DNA from: Promethearchaeota archaeon
GTDB taxonomy: Archaea > Asgardarchaeota > Thorarchaeia > Thorarchaeales > Thorarchaeaceae
Assembly: GCA_027031765.1 (NCBI GenBank)
Contig: JALVPN010000196.1
Span: 1-25,519, forward strand
Length of the DNA stretch: 25,519 nt
Direction of reading: 5' to 3'
In this document: piece after piece, positions 14,981-23,391 of the stretch
How positions within the stretch are numbered: position 1 is the stretch's first letter
How the letters are laid out: the number at the start of each line of letters is the position of its first letter
The notes under the pieces: generated by a model
Databases searched by the model: none
The model's input: the letters and a program-made list of their open reading frames with translations, nothing else
Told to the model about the DNA's origin: nothing
Position numbers and translations under genes: made by a program

Positions 14981-16075
14981 ATGGGCGTCTGTACACTCAC
15001 AGTCCGGTCAGTCGAAACGGGGCCACACGGCGGTCATGGCCTGCTCCTCCAACACGGTGAGCTCCGTCTTGGTCTCGATGTCGGCCTCCCTGGTGTCACA
15101 ACGCTCCTCTCGCACGCCCACGCTGACCACATTGGTTCACTGTCGGGGGCACGTGAGGTGGTCATGACCCGGCAGACCCTCGAGGTGCTCCGGGCCCGGA
15201 ACGGCACTGTCCGACAGCCGGTCCGCACCGTGGAGTTCGGCAAGCAGTACGAGTTCGGAAATGCGACTGTGACCCCACTGAATGCGGGGCACGTACTCGG
15301 TTCGACCATGTTCTTGATTGAGCTGGGTGATGGTACCCGTGTGCTGTATACGGGCGACTTCAACACCGAAGACAGCCTGGTCCACACGGCTGCAGAGCCC
15401 GTCGAGGCGGACGTACTGATCACGGAGGCGACCTACGGCTCACCCGAGTGGGTGTTCCCCGACCGCCCCAAAGTGTATGACGCGATTGTGACGAGCGCCC
15501 GTCGTGACATCGAGGACGGCCTTGTCCCGGTGTTCCGTGCATACTCGCTCGGCAAGGCGCAGGAGGCAACAGCCCTCCTCTCACAGAACGGTACTGTCGT
15601 GGCCTCTGGAAACTTTGTCATTGACCGTGTCAACTGGGTGTACGCCCGCTACTCCCAGTCACTGTCGTGGGTCGACGTTGCCGACCGCGAGGCCCTCCGT
15701 GAGGCGCTCAGTGCTGGGTGCGCGATTGTTGCTTCTGACACGCGACACCTCTGGGCGAACCTGCAGCGACATCTGGGGCACACGACCACCCGGGCCATAG
15801 TCGGACGGGCCAAGGAGTACAGGCTCTCAGGATGGTCGCTGCATGACGGCAGTGTTCCCCATGGATTGCAGGCCCGCCCCCACGAGTATCCCCCTCGTTG
15901 GTTCCGACACGCGCAGCCCTCCGGCTTCCCACTGAGCGCCCATGCTGACTTCCACGACCTCATAGGCTTTGCCAGCGCCGTCGCGCCACGCATCGCATAC
16001 TGCTTTGTCGGACCCGTGCACGAGTTTGCAGGGCACCTCGCAGGACGTGGCATCGATGCAGTGCCTGTAGGATAG
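14981..16075 (+). CDS. Metallo-beta-lactamase/beta-CASP family nuclease
   Basis: LLSHAHADHIGS, AGHVLGS, YTGDF, LITEATYG, YSLGKAQE and LSAHADF. ATG 14981 is the likely start. Confidence 0.9.
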   Translation: MGVCTLTVRSVETGPHGGHGLLLQHGELRLGLDVGLPGVTTLLSHAHADHIGSLSGAREVVMTRQTLEVLRARNGTVRQPVRTVEFGKQYEFGNATVTPLNAGHVLGSTMFLIELGDGTRVLYTGDFNTEDSLVHTAAEPVEADVLITEATYGSPEWVFPDRPKVYDAIVTSARRDIEDGLVPVFRAYSLGKAQEATALLSQNGTVVASGNFVIDRVNWVYARYSQSLSWVDVADREALREALSAGCAIVASDTRHLWANLQRHLGHTTTRAIVGRAKEYRLSGWSLHDGSVPHGLQARPHEYPPRWFRHAQPSGFPLSAHADFHDLIGFASAVAPRIAYCFVGPVHEFAGHLAGRGIDAVPVG

Positions 16076-16085
16076 GTGATGGGTC

Positions 16086-16628
16086 ATGAGTGACTACCTG
16101 TCGGACATTGATATGGTGGTTCCTGTACATGCTGACTCCTTCTTCTCGGTCTCCAGCACGGGCGAGATCCATGAGCGCCTCTGTTTCGAGTACGTTGACC
16201 CGGAGGGGTACTACAGGCACGTGCTGAATGACGAGCCACTCTTCGCCGCTGAGGTGGAGCGTCTGGCCGACAACATGCAGTACTTCCTGGACCGCGAACG
16301 TGTCGAGATCAATGGCGTACGTGTCCGGTCGGTCGTCCGGTACTGCGACATCTTTCTCAAGGGGGACACCGACGTGGTCGGGGTGGTCTACCTGATTGAC
16401 TTCTCGGGAAAGATGGCCCCCGGCCACAACCGGATAGAGACCTGGCTGGAGCGGGAGGACGCGCCATACGACTTTGAGATAATCTGGCGGTTCCCTGTGG
16501 GCACCAAGGTCGTCGGTGTCACCACTGAGCTCGAGTACGAGGTCTATGGTGGCGACCTCATGGTACTCTGGGCCTTTGAGGGCGACCACGTGGGTGGCTA
16601 CGAACAGCTGGAGTTTGTACTCCCGTAG
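16086..16628 (+). CDS. Conserved-looking archaeal hypothetical protein (beta-rich, acidic), co-transcribed with the beta-CASP gene
   Basis: 180 aa, 10 bp after the previous stop, with a GGTGATG RBS, strong GC3 bias and the motif EREDAPYDFEIIWRFP. Confidence 0.8.
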   Translation: MSDYLSDIDMVVPVHADSFFSVSSTGEIHERLCFEYVDPEGYYRHVLNDEPLFAAEVERLADNMQYFLDRERVEINGVRVRSVVRYCDIFLKGDTDVVGVVYLIDFSGKMAPGHNRIETWLEREDAPYDFEIIWRFPVGTKVVGVTTELEYEVYGGDLMVLWAFEGDHVGGYEQLEFVLP

Positions 16629-16635
16629 TGACAGG

Positions 16636-16672
16636 CCCCTTCCTTTTCCCTTCCCCACTCCTCTCCCTTCCC
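16636..16672 (+). terminator. Pyrimidine-rich tract immediately after an operon end (possible archaeal intrinsic terminator)
   Basis: 36 of 37 nt are C or T (CCCCTTCCTTTTCCCTTCCCCACTCCTCTCCCTTCCC), starting 8 bp after the TAG. Confidence 0.35.
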
Positions 16673-17041
16673 GTTCGTCGTGGCGCGATCCCACATGCCA
16701 CGAGTGGCGCATTCCCCACCACAGTCGTAGCACCGTCCAGCCGTGGCCATGTCTTTCACCCATGCCTCCCATCACTCTCGTCCGACAGTGAGGACGCCAC
16801 TTTCCAGTGGGGCTGTGTGAGGGCCGTCCTGTCCCGTGTGCCATCTGTCAGCGAGTACGCTCTGGTGCGAGTGTCCGTGCCTGTGCACCCGGGCCCATGC
16901 AGACCCATGCCTGTCTGTGACCGGAGTTGTGAGGCTGATCTGTGCAGTTGCGCATGGTGCCCTGTGACGTCAGCGCACGTGACTGATGGGTGAGAACGTA
17001 GGACTTAACAGGCCCAGTACGGTCTGACCCACGACTCCCAA

Positions 17042-17287
17042 ATGCAGGCACTACAGGTCATCGGCATCGCAATGTTTGTCCTGGGACTGGTCCTGGTCGT
17101 ATATGCCATGTTGCTGATGGTGCGCCAGCAGCTCTCCGGGCCGCCCGGAGAGGCCCCGTCCCGTACCCACGGACTGGTACTGATCGGCCCGATACCCATT
17201 GCGTTCGGGCTGTCGAGAAGGGTGCAGGTGGCAGTGCTGGTGGCGGGCTTGGCGGTACTGGCGTTCCTACTCCTTGCCGGTCACTGA
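17042..17287 (+). CDS. DUF131 / TIGR00304 family small membrane protein
   Basis: Two hydrophobic segments flank the signature GLVLIGPIPIAFG. Confidence 0.88.
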   Translation: MQALQVIGIAMFVLGLVLVVYAMLLMVRQQLSGPPGEAPSRTHGLVLIGPIPIAFGLSRRVQVAVLVAGLAVLAFLLLAGH

Positions 17288-17545
17288 CTGGGGGAGCCAG
17301 CCACAGACGGGGCACTGGCCAGTCCTCTCTATTGTCTTCACCAGTCGTCCGTCGAGCAGGCACTCTGGGCATATCCCCAGTGCTCTCTTGCACACAGGAC
17401 ACGTGTCGCTCCTACCGAGGTCGCGGATGCAGGTTATTGTCCCACAGGAGTGGCACTTGACCGCATGTTCCTGACAGTACTCGTTCCTGCAGCGGTCACA
17501 ACGTAGCTTTGCTCTTGCATGGCATATGGTACACGTCTTGGCCAT
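17267..17545 (-). CDS. Small Cys-rich multi-zinc-finger protein (92 aa)
   Basis: Eight ligand pairs: CTIC, CDRC, CQEH, CHSC, CIRD, CPVC, CPEC, CPVC. The 3' end overlaps the DUF131 gene by 21 bp. Confidence 0.75.
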   Translation of the reverse strand: MAKTCTICHARAKLRCDRCRNEYCQEHAVKCHSCGTITCIRDLGRSDTCPVCKRALGICPECLLDGRLVKTIERTGQCPVCGWLPQSVTGKE

Positions 17546-17767
17546 TGGCTCACGTCCTGCCACAAATCGGGACACCGGACGGTTGCTACTACCAGATAAG
17601 TCTAGTGACGTGAGATGCGCGGCGCACCCGCTCCGCGCCCGGTCACTGCTGCCACTCTCTGTACCACCGGATGGCAGCACCGCTTGTGGGCTGTGGTCGT
17701 GGAGTTACCACAGTATTACCAACTCTCTTAGGCGAGTGCGGCTGTGAAGACCCCAGTGACGACTGCC

Positions 17768-18061
17768 ATGATGTTCAGGTGCAGACAGTGCGGGCGCACA
17801 CTCCATGACATCGACACTGTGCTCGGTGGTGCTTGCAGCTGTGGCTCTACTAGGTTCATCCTGGTGCCCGAGAGTAGCATTACCAGCGGCACCCCCTCGC
17901 TTGACCTGCGAGAACAGATCAGACTTGACCTACACCGTTGGCTCGACTTGAACATTGATGCCATCGATACTGACGACCTGACAGACCTCCGTGTCTCCTT
18001 CCATATTGGTCGAGTGACAGAACAGTCCACCTCCTCCAGACGAGTGACGAGTGGCCCGTGA
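17768..18061 (+). CDS. Zn-ribbon protein with an OapC/ArvC (COG3364)-like N-terminus
   Basis: MFRCRQCGRTLHDIDTVLGGACSCGSTRF is followed by a short helical/acidic domain. GTG 17744 is an alternative start. Confidence 0.6.
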   Translation: MMFRCRQCGRTLHDIDTVLGGACSCGSTRFILVPESSITSGTPSLDLREQIRLDLHRWLDLNIDAIDTDDLTDLRVSFHIGRVTEQSTSSRRVTSGP

Positions 18062-18110
18062 GTGCCCGTGTTTCCGTCGGACGGCCGATATCACCCATGT
18101 CCGCTGTCAC

Positions 18111-20735
18111 TCATGGGCGGCCCCGAGGGCCCGAGTCCAGGGGCCGCTCGATCCGGGCAATCTGTCCCTCGACCTCCTGCGTCAGGTCGACCTTGCCGAC
18201 GACATCAGCAATCCTCTGTACGGCCTGCAGGTTGTGTACGAGGGTGTCCAGCCATGACAGCAGGTCTCCTGGATACGCCCACAGTTCGTACTCCTCGTGC
18301 AACAGGCGCGCAATGCCCGATGGTGTATACCCCTCCTCTCTCCGTGCCACAATCCACCTGCCGAGGGCCAGCTTTGGGTGTTCGCACTCTGGCGACAGGG
18401 GACAGCCGCAGTTGAAGAAGTCGGAGGCCCAGCGACCGAGCACCTCGAACACCCAGCCCGGGAGGCGTGCTGCACCACTGTGACGTGTCCGGAGGTCTGT
18501 GAGGTCGGCAAAGACCCCAGAGAAGAGGCGGGTCGGCATGTGTGTCTTGAAGGCTGCGTTGACCTCGCCCTGGAGTTTTGAGCTGAGGTAGACGTTCTCG
18601 AAGGGCTCCAAGAGCACGGCGATGTCGAGGACGGGCATCTCGGATGTGAGCCTGAGCACACGGAGGCCCTGGCCCGGCGTGAGGAAGGACAGTGCTGTTG
18701 CCCGGCCGAGTGCTGTCGGCCCTACAGTGCCGTCACCCACAGTCACCATTCTGGTGCGGACCAGGTGCTTCAGCGCCTCGGAAGGCGGTACCGTGGGGGA
18801 CAGCATCCGCCTGTACATCCTTGCCACCTCCTTGAGGTCTGCGACCTTGGTCGAGCAGATTGTCGCCAGGACCTGTTCTGCGGAGCGTTCTAGGTCTGCA
18901 GATGGCACCACGTCCTCGACGACGCCACTCAGGAGCTCTCCCGCCACCTCGTCCTCCGTCTTGTCCTGACCGGCATGGTACTTCCTGTCCGGCTGCACGA
19001 TGAGGTACACCCGCCCCCGGTCGTGCTTTCCGAGCCGTCCTGCGCGTCCGAGCATCTGTTCGAACTCCGCTATTGTGAGCCACTCCCTGCCCATGGCAAG
19101 GGACTCAAAGATGACCTGTGAGGCAGGGAAGTCGACGCCCGCCCCGAGCGCAGCCGTTGTCACGACGCAGGCGTAGCGCTGCTTGAGAAAGGCACGTTCT
19201 ACGGACCTGCGCTGGGCATATGAGAGGCCCCCATGGTACACTGCAGCTGAGACCCGGTGCTCGCGCAGCCAGTCTGCCAGTTGCTGTGCGCGCCGCCTCG
19301 AGTAGGTGAACACAATGGACTGCCCACGCTTCCCGTGACTGCTCACTGCCCTGAACTCCTCCCGCACCAGGCGCATGATCAGCTCGCGTTTCTCCTCGTC
19401 TGTACGGGCCAGGACGAGGTGTCGTTCCAGTGGCACCGGCCTGCCGACATGCTCGACGAGGGTCAGTCCCAGCTCCTTTGCCAGCTGTCTGGGGCTCCCC
19501 ACAGTGGCTGACAGTGCCAGCACCTGCGCCTCTGGTGCGTGGTGGCGGAGTCGTAAGAGCAGGCCGTCGAGTTCTGGCCCCCGCTCAGAGTCCGCAAGGT
19601 TCTGTATCTCGTCCACGACGATGGTGCCCACTTCGCCCAGCTGGGCCCCATCGCCCGACCGCAGGATGAAGTCCAGCGCCTCGTATGTGGCGCATATTAT
19701 GTCCGACCTCGACACGTCAGTGTCCACTATTATCTTGGCCTCGTCGCCAACATCAAGGCGCGACATGCCCACCCTGATGCCGACACGCAGTCCGAGCCTG
19801 CGGTAGCGCGCCCTGAACAGTTCGTACTTCTCGTTGGTGAGGGCCACCAGTGGTGCGAGGTAGAGCATCTTGCGTCCGGCCATGGCCCGGGGCACGCCTG
19901 CAATCTCTGCCAGCAGGGTCTTCCCCGATGACGTGGACGAGACAATGAGCAACCCCTTGCCCTTGAGCAGGCCTGCTGCCACAGCCTTGCTCTGGACTGG
20001 CAGGAGCGTTTCGAGGCCCTCCGCGACCAGCAGCTCCTTGAACTCGTCCGGCAGGGCCAGCTCGTGCACTCCTATGCGCCTGACCGGGGCCTCAGCCTCA
20101 AGCGTGTCGACAAGGGTGAGGTCGGGTGCCCGGGTGGGGTCGAACCCGGGCTGGATTGTTTCAAGCAGGCGTGGCAGGGAGCGCACCCTCAGTAGCTGGC
20201 GGTCGAGCTGGGCGAGCATCCTCTTTGAGAGTGAGAGGCCCATGCTGCGGATTTCGGTGCGGAGCTCCTTCTGCGCACACGTTGTACAGAGGACATCGGT
20301 CTCTGACGTGTGGACTGCGTTCCTCTTGGTCAGGACCGTCAGCCGCAGCTCGCCTAGGCACTGGTGGCACATTGGCACCACCCGTGGTCTGGGGGCCTGT
20401 AGGCGCCTGAGGAGGTCTCGGAGGTCACCCATGAAGTCCGGGGTCTTGCCGGATGGTACCAGGATGTGGACTGCACGTCGGAGCGTCTTGTGGAACTCCT
20501 TGGGCTGGTAATAGACCGGCCTGTTGTACCTGACGAACCACGAGCGGCGGAGTTCGAGCAGACCGGATGCTTTCCGCCCGAACTCGACGCCCCCAGTGAG
20601 GTCAGCCTGTTGTCTGTCGCGTAGGGTGTCCGAGAACACCGCAGTCCGCAGAGTGAGCTCCTGACGTGTGGGCAACAGCACAAGTGTGAACGGCTGTCGG
20701 AGTCGTCTCTCTACGTCGGCTGTGGCGACTTCCAC
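18111..20735 (-). CDS. Archaea-specific SF2 DEAD/DEAH-box (Ski2-like) helicase, COG1202/DUF5814 type
   Basis: 874 aa. LLPVQ (Q motif), STSSGKT, APLVAL, DEIQ, LSAT, YHGGL, TAALGAGVDFP and QMLGRAGR, plus an N-terminal CxxC..CxxC and a C-terminal CGC...PECEHP. Confidence 0.92.
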   Translation of the reverse strand: MEVATADVERRLRQPFTLVLLPTRQELTLRTAVFSDTLRDRQQADLTGGVEFGRKASGLLELRRSWFVRYNRPVYYQPKEFHKTLRRAVHILVPSGKTPDFMGDLRDLLRRLQAPRPRVVPMCHQCLGELRLTVLTKRNAVHTSETDVLCTTCAQKELRTEIRSMGLSLSKRMLAQLDRQLLRVRSLPRLLETIQPGFDPTRAPDLTLVDTLEAEAPVRRIGVHELALPDEFKELLVAEGLETLLPVQSKAVAAGLLKGKGLLIVSSTSSGKTLLAEIAGVPRAMAGRKMLYLAPLVALTNEKYELFRARYRRLGLRVGIRVGMSRLDVGDEAKIIVDTDVSRSDIICATYEALDFILRSGDGAQLGEVGTIVVDEIQNLADSERGPELDGLLLRLRHHAPEAQVLALSATVGSPRQLAKELGLTLVEHVGRPVPLERHLVLARTDEEKRELIMRLVREEFRAVSSHGKRGQSIVFTYSRRRAQQLADWLREHRVSAAVYHGGLSYAQRRSVERAFLKQRYACVVTTAALGAGVDFPASQVIFESLAMGREWLTIAEFEQMLGRAGRLGKHDRGRVYLIVQPDRKYHAGQDKTEDEVAGELLSGVVEDVVPSADLERSAEQVLATICSTKVADLKEVARMYRRMLSPTVPPSEALKHLVRTRMVTVGDGTVGPTALGRATALSFLTPGQGLRVLRLTSEMPVLDIAVLLEPFENVYLSSKLQGEVNAAFKTHMPTRLFSGVFADLTDLRTRHSGAARLPGWVFEVLGRWASDFFNCGCPLSPECEHPKLALGRWIVARREEGYTPSGIARLLHEEYELWAYPGDLLSWLDTLVHNLQAVQRIADVVGKVDLTQEVEGQIARIERPLDSGPRGRP

Positions 20736-20798
20736 ACGTCAGGCCTCAGCGCAACGAGCAGTGGTGACAGGAAAACTCTTGCGGTTGGGTAGGCCCTT

Positions 20799-21569
20799 CT
20801 ACTCGTAGACATATGCGTCTTCGTTGGCTGCAATGGAGTCGTATGTGATGTCATACTCCTCGGCGAGGGTGTCCGGCCCGGTGGTGTCGGTCGTGCCGGC
20901 CTTCTCGACTATGATCCAGTGGCCGACGACCTCCTCGTCATCAAAACCGCTGAACCTCGCAAGGTGGGTGGCCATTATATACGAGTTGTCAGCACGAACG
21001 TACTTGCGTTTCTTGTACCAGTCGATGAGGGGGCGGTACAGCGGGGCATTCGTACCAGCCAGCAGGAACTTGGCACGCTGGACGCCTGACACATGTGACA
21101 CGTGTATCTTCTGCACCATCTCGTGGTAATAGGCAGTCTTGGGTGGTGATGCCTCATGCTTGACGGTCACGAGTGGCTGTTCCGCAAGCACGTTCCCGCG
21201 TTCGACGACCATCTCTCGTATCACGGTCATTATCTCTTCGACGCGCTTCGAACCCAGTGGGTCTATGACCTCCGGGCCTATGATGTCCACAAGGGGGAGC
21301 GGTTCGTCGAGACGCAGGTCTGAAGGGTTGAACATCAGCACGGAGAGCCTCTTGAGCACATCCACGCGCCGCCCACGGCTGGTCGCGACACCCTTGAACA
21401 CTCCGGGGCCGATCAGTAAAGACACGACCTCTGAGCCACGCACTACGGACCACAGCTGCCTCGACAGGATGAGTATCTTGCCACGGAGGTCAGTCCCGTG
21501 CAGCACGCCGATATCAAAGTCGTAGCCCTCAAAGTCCAGCAGCCAGAACATGGGGCCGTTGCTACTCAT
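20799..21569 (-). CDS. Hypothetical protein with a degenerate class I SAM-methyltransferase-like Rossmann pattern (256 aa)
   Basis: The ATG overlaps the upstream stop by 8 bp (ATGAGTAG). The order VVSLLIGPG / RGRRVDVL / FNPSDLRL / VDII / IREMVVERGNVLAEQP mirrors MTase motifs I-VI. The fold call is tentative. Confidence 0.55.
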   Translation of the reverse strand: MSSNGPMFWLLDFEGYDFDIGVLHGTDLRGKILILSRQLWSVVRGSEVVSLLIGPGVFKGVATSRGRRVDVLKRLSVLMFNPSDLRLDEPLPLVDIIGPEVIDPLGSKRVEEIMTVIREMVVERGNVLAEQPLVTVKHEASPPKTAYYHEMVQKIHVSHVSGVQRAKFLLAGTNAPLYRPLIDWYKKRKYVRADNSYIMATHLARFSGFDDEEVVGHWIIVEKAGTTDTTGPDTLAEEYDITYDSIAANEDAYVYE

Positions 21570-22749
21570 TGCCAGTCTCCCCGTATATGTAGTGCTCGAT
21601 GAAACCGCGCAGCACGGCGACCATCGTTTCTTCCGACTCCTCCTCCGGTACGCCAGCAACCTTGACCGCAGCCTCTTCGGCCAGATGTTCCCCGTCATCG
21701 ACATCTAGGTGAAACCTCTCGATCGCCTCGGCGATGCAGCTGCGCACTATGTCCGTCCTCTCATGTCCTAGGTACTTCAGCGCGCGCATCACTCGTGCGA
21801 GCCGCTCGTCCAAGTACTTTCTGCGTTCGTTTCCGATGCGCCGCCTGGCGAGGTGTATGTCGCGCTCCATGAAGTCGTATGGTGTCTTCATTTCGGGCTC
21901 TGCCATGTTGCCACGTGTGGACGCCGCACCCCGGATGACGTACCGTGTACGGTCGCCACGCCCGCTCAGTCGTGGGGCCACATGCAGGAGAAAGTGGGCC
22001 ATGGCCTCCAGTGGCATTGAATCGAAGGGCGCCCCCAGGCCGTCCACCAGCCCCTGCAGCCGTTCAAGCGTCAAGTCCATGGTGGCAGAGTCCACGGCCC
22101 CACTGATCATAATGTGCAGGCGTCGGAAGAAGGCCCGCACCATGTCACGTATCTCGGTGAGCTTGCCGCGGAGTGTGTTGGGGCTCCACTTCGTCAGGGC
22201 TGTCCCGAAGACCATCATGACGTCCTCGCTCGTTGCCCCGGGGTGTTCCTTGACCCATGTCCTGATGACTGGCAGGATGACCGTCCCGGCGGTCCTGTTG
22301 CGGGCCGCCAGTACCGAGATTGCCTTCTCCACGGACGGCGGGTCCTCGTCGAGAGTCGCCTCGAGGTTTGCCAGTTCACGGGTCTTCAGCTCGATGTCCC
22401 TCACAAAGCTGCCAAAGATATGTTCCAGCCACTTGCCCTCTCCAATAGCGAACTCCATGATGTTGCCCGGGATGTTCGGCACGGCTTGGCCCACCCTTGC
22501 CCGTCGCTGGAGCTCCGCGGTCAGTCTGTCCACAGCCTCGCCCACACTCAGGATGCCCTCCAGGTCCAGCAGGTATGCCACTTGGGCGACCTGTAGCGGA
22601 CAGCCGAACCTCTCCGCAATGGCACGGGCCTCGTCCATTGGGGTCCTCCGCACCCGCTCCCGGAGACTGGCGTACCGCTCCGCAAACTCACGGACGAGCC
22701 GCTGCTGGCTCCGCACTGCTAGTTTCTCAAAGTCGGGCTCAAGTAACAA
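21562..22749 (-). CDS. Hypothetical alpha-helical protein (395 aa)
   Basis: Long ORF with GC3 bias and a TTG start after GAGG. It is predicted by eye to be mostly helical, with no TM segments and no recognised family. Confidence 0.85.
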   Translation of the reverse strand: MLLEPDFEKLAVRSQQRLVREFAERYASLRERVRRTPMDEARAIAERFGCPLQVAQVAYLLDLEGILSVGEAVDRLTAELQRRARVGQAVPNIPGNIMEFAIGEGKWLEHIFGSFVRDIELKTRELANLEATLDEDPPSVEKAISVLAARNRTAGTVILPVIRTWVKEHPGATSEDVMMVFGTALTKWSPNTLRGKLTEIRDMVRAFFRRLHIMISGAVDSATMDLTLERLQGLVDGLGAPFDSMPLEAMAHFLLHVAPRLSGRGDRTRYVIRGAASTRGNMAEPEMKTPYDFMERDIHLARRRIGNERRKYLDERLARVMRALKYLGHERTDIVRSCIAEAIERFHLDVDDGEHLAEEAAVKVAGVPEEESEETMVAVLRGFIEHYIYGETGNE

Positions 22750-23059
22750 CTGACAACTTCCTCGATCCGCATCCGGGCTCTCAACTCAAGCCCCATGAAT
22801 CAGGCTGCGTGTCTGTGAATTGACAAATATGTATTGCGTGGATGGAGTCTCGCTGTTGCCGCTGCCAGTACCTCGTCCGCCTGCACCAAGTGACGCGGCC
22901 ATGCCACATTCACACCATGGGCACCCTGCACTCCTCTCCACGTGACGGCACACCCATGTTGGTGTCGTCACCTCATACTCTCTTACAGGTCCAGTCACAG
23001 GCCTCCCCTGCGCCAGAAGGTGGTGGGTGCACTTCCCACACTGCCCCGCGTGGACGGCG

Positions 23060-23263
23060 CTACAGCCCGGCTGCCAAGAGCATGAAGTGGATCCCGAGGC
23101 CCAGCAGTACGGAACCCAGCACGACCGCGAACAGCGCCTTGGCCTTGGAGAAGTGCCGTCCATGCTCCACGTGGACGACCAGCCAGATCAGGGCAATGAT
23201 GCCGAGCACAATGAATGCAGTCCCGAAGACCGGGTACAGGGCCTCAAATACAATCTGGAGCAT
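23060..23263 (-). CDS. Small two-helix membrane protein (67 aa)
   Basis: ATG after GAGGT, two hydrophobic segments linked by HVEHGRH, and a TTTAAA box about 48 bp upstream. Confidence 0.75.
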   Translation of the reverse strand: MLQIVFEALYPVFGTAFIVLGIIALIWLVVHVEHGRHFSKAKALFAVVLGSVLLGLGIHFMLLAAGL

Positions 23264-23310
23264 TACGACGACCTCTGCCGCTGACTCGGCACCGCAGTCG
23301 ATATGGCTCA

Positions 23311-23316
23311 TTTAAA
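23311..23316 (-). promoter_or_regulatory. TATA box for the 67-aa membrane protein gene
   Basis: TTTAAA in GC-rich intergenic DNA at promoter distance from ATG 23263. Confidence 0.4.
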
Positions 23317-23391
23317 GCTCTCGGTCGCTGTGGGGCCTGCTGGCCCACCCCTGTCAGTGAGCATACTCTGCGGGTGTGTGGTGTCAGGTCG

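Noticed and set aside
16628-16993. 121-aa ORF after the beta-CASP operon
   Set aside because: It begins in a pyrimidine tract, is Pro/Ser/Cys-rich and lacks GC3 bias; probably intergenic.
20129-20150. CCCGGG...GTCGAACCCGGG resembling a tRNA T-arm
   Set aside because: It lies inside the helicase coding sequence, and no acceptor, D or anticodon arms can be built.
21734-22753. 339-aa plus-strand ORF
   Set aside because: Antisense shadow of the 395-aa gene, Ser/Arg-rich.
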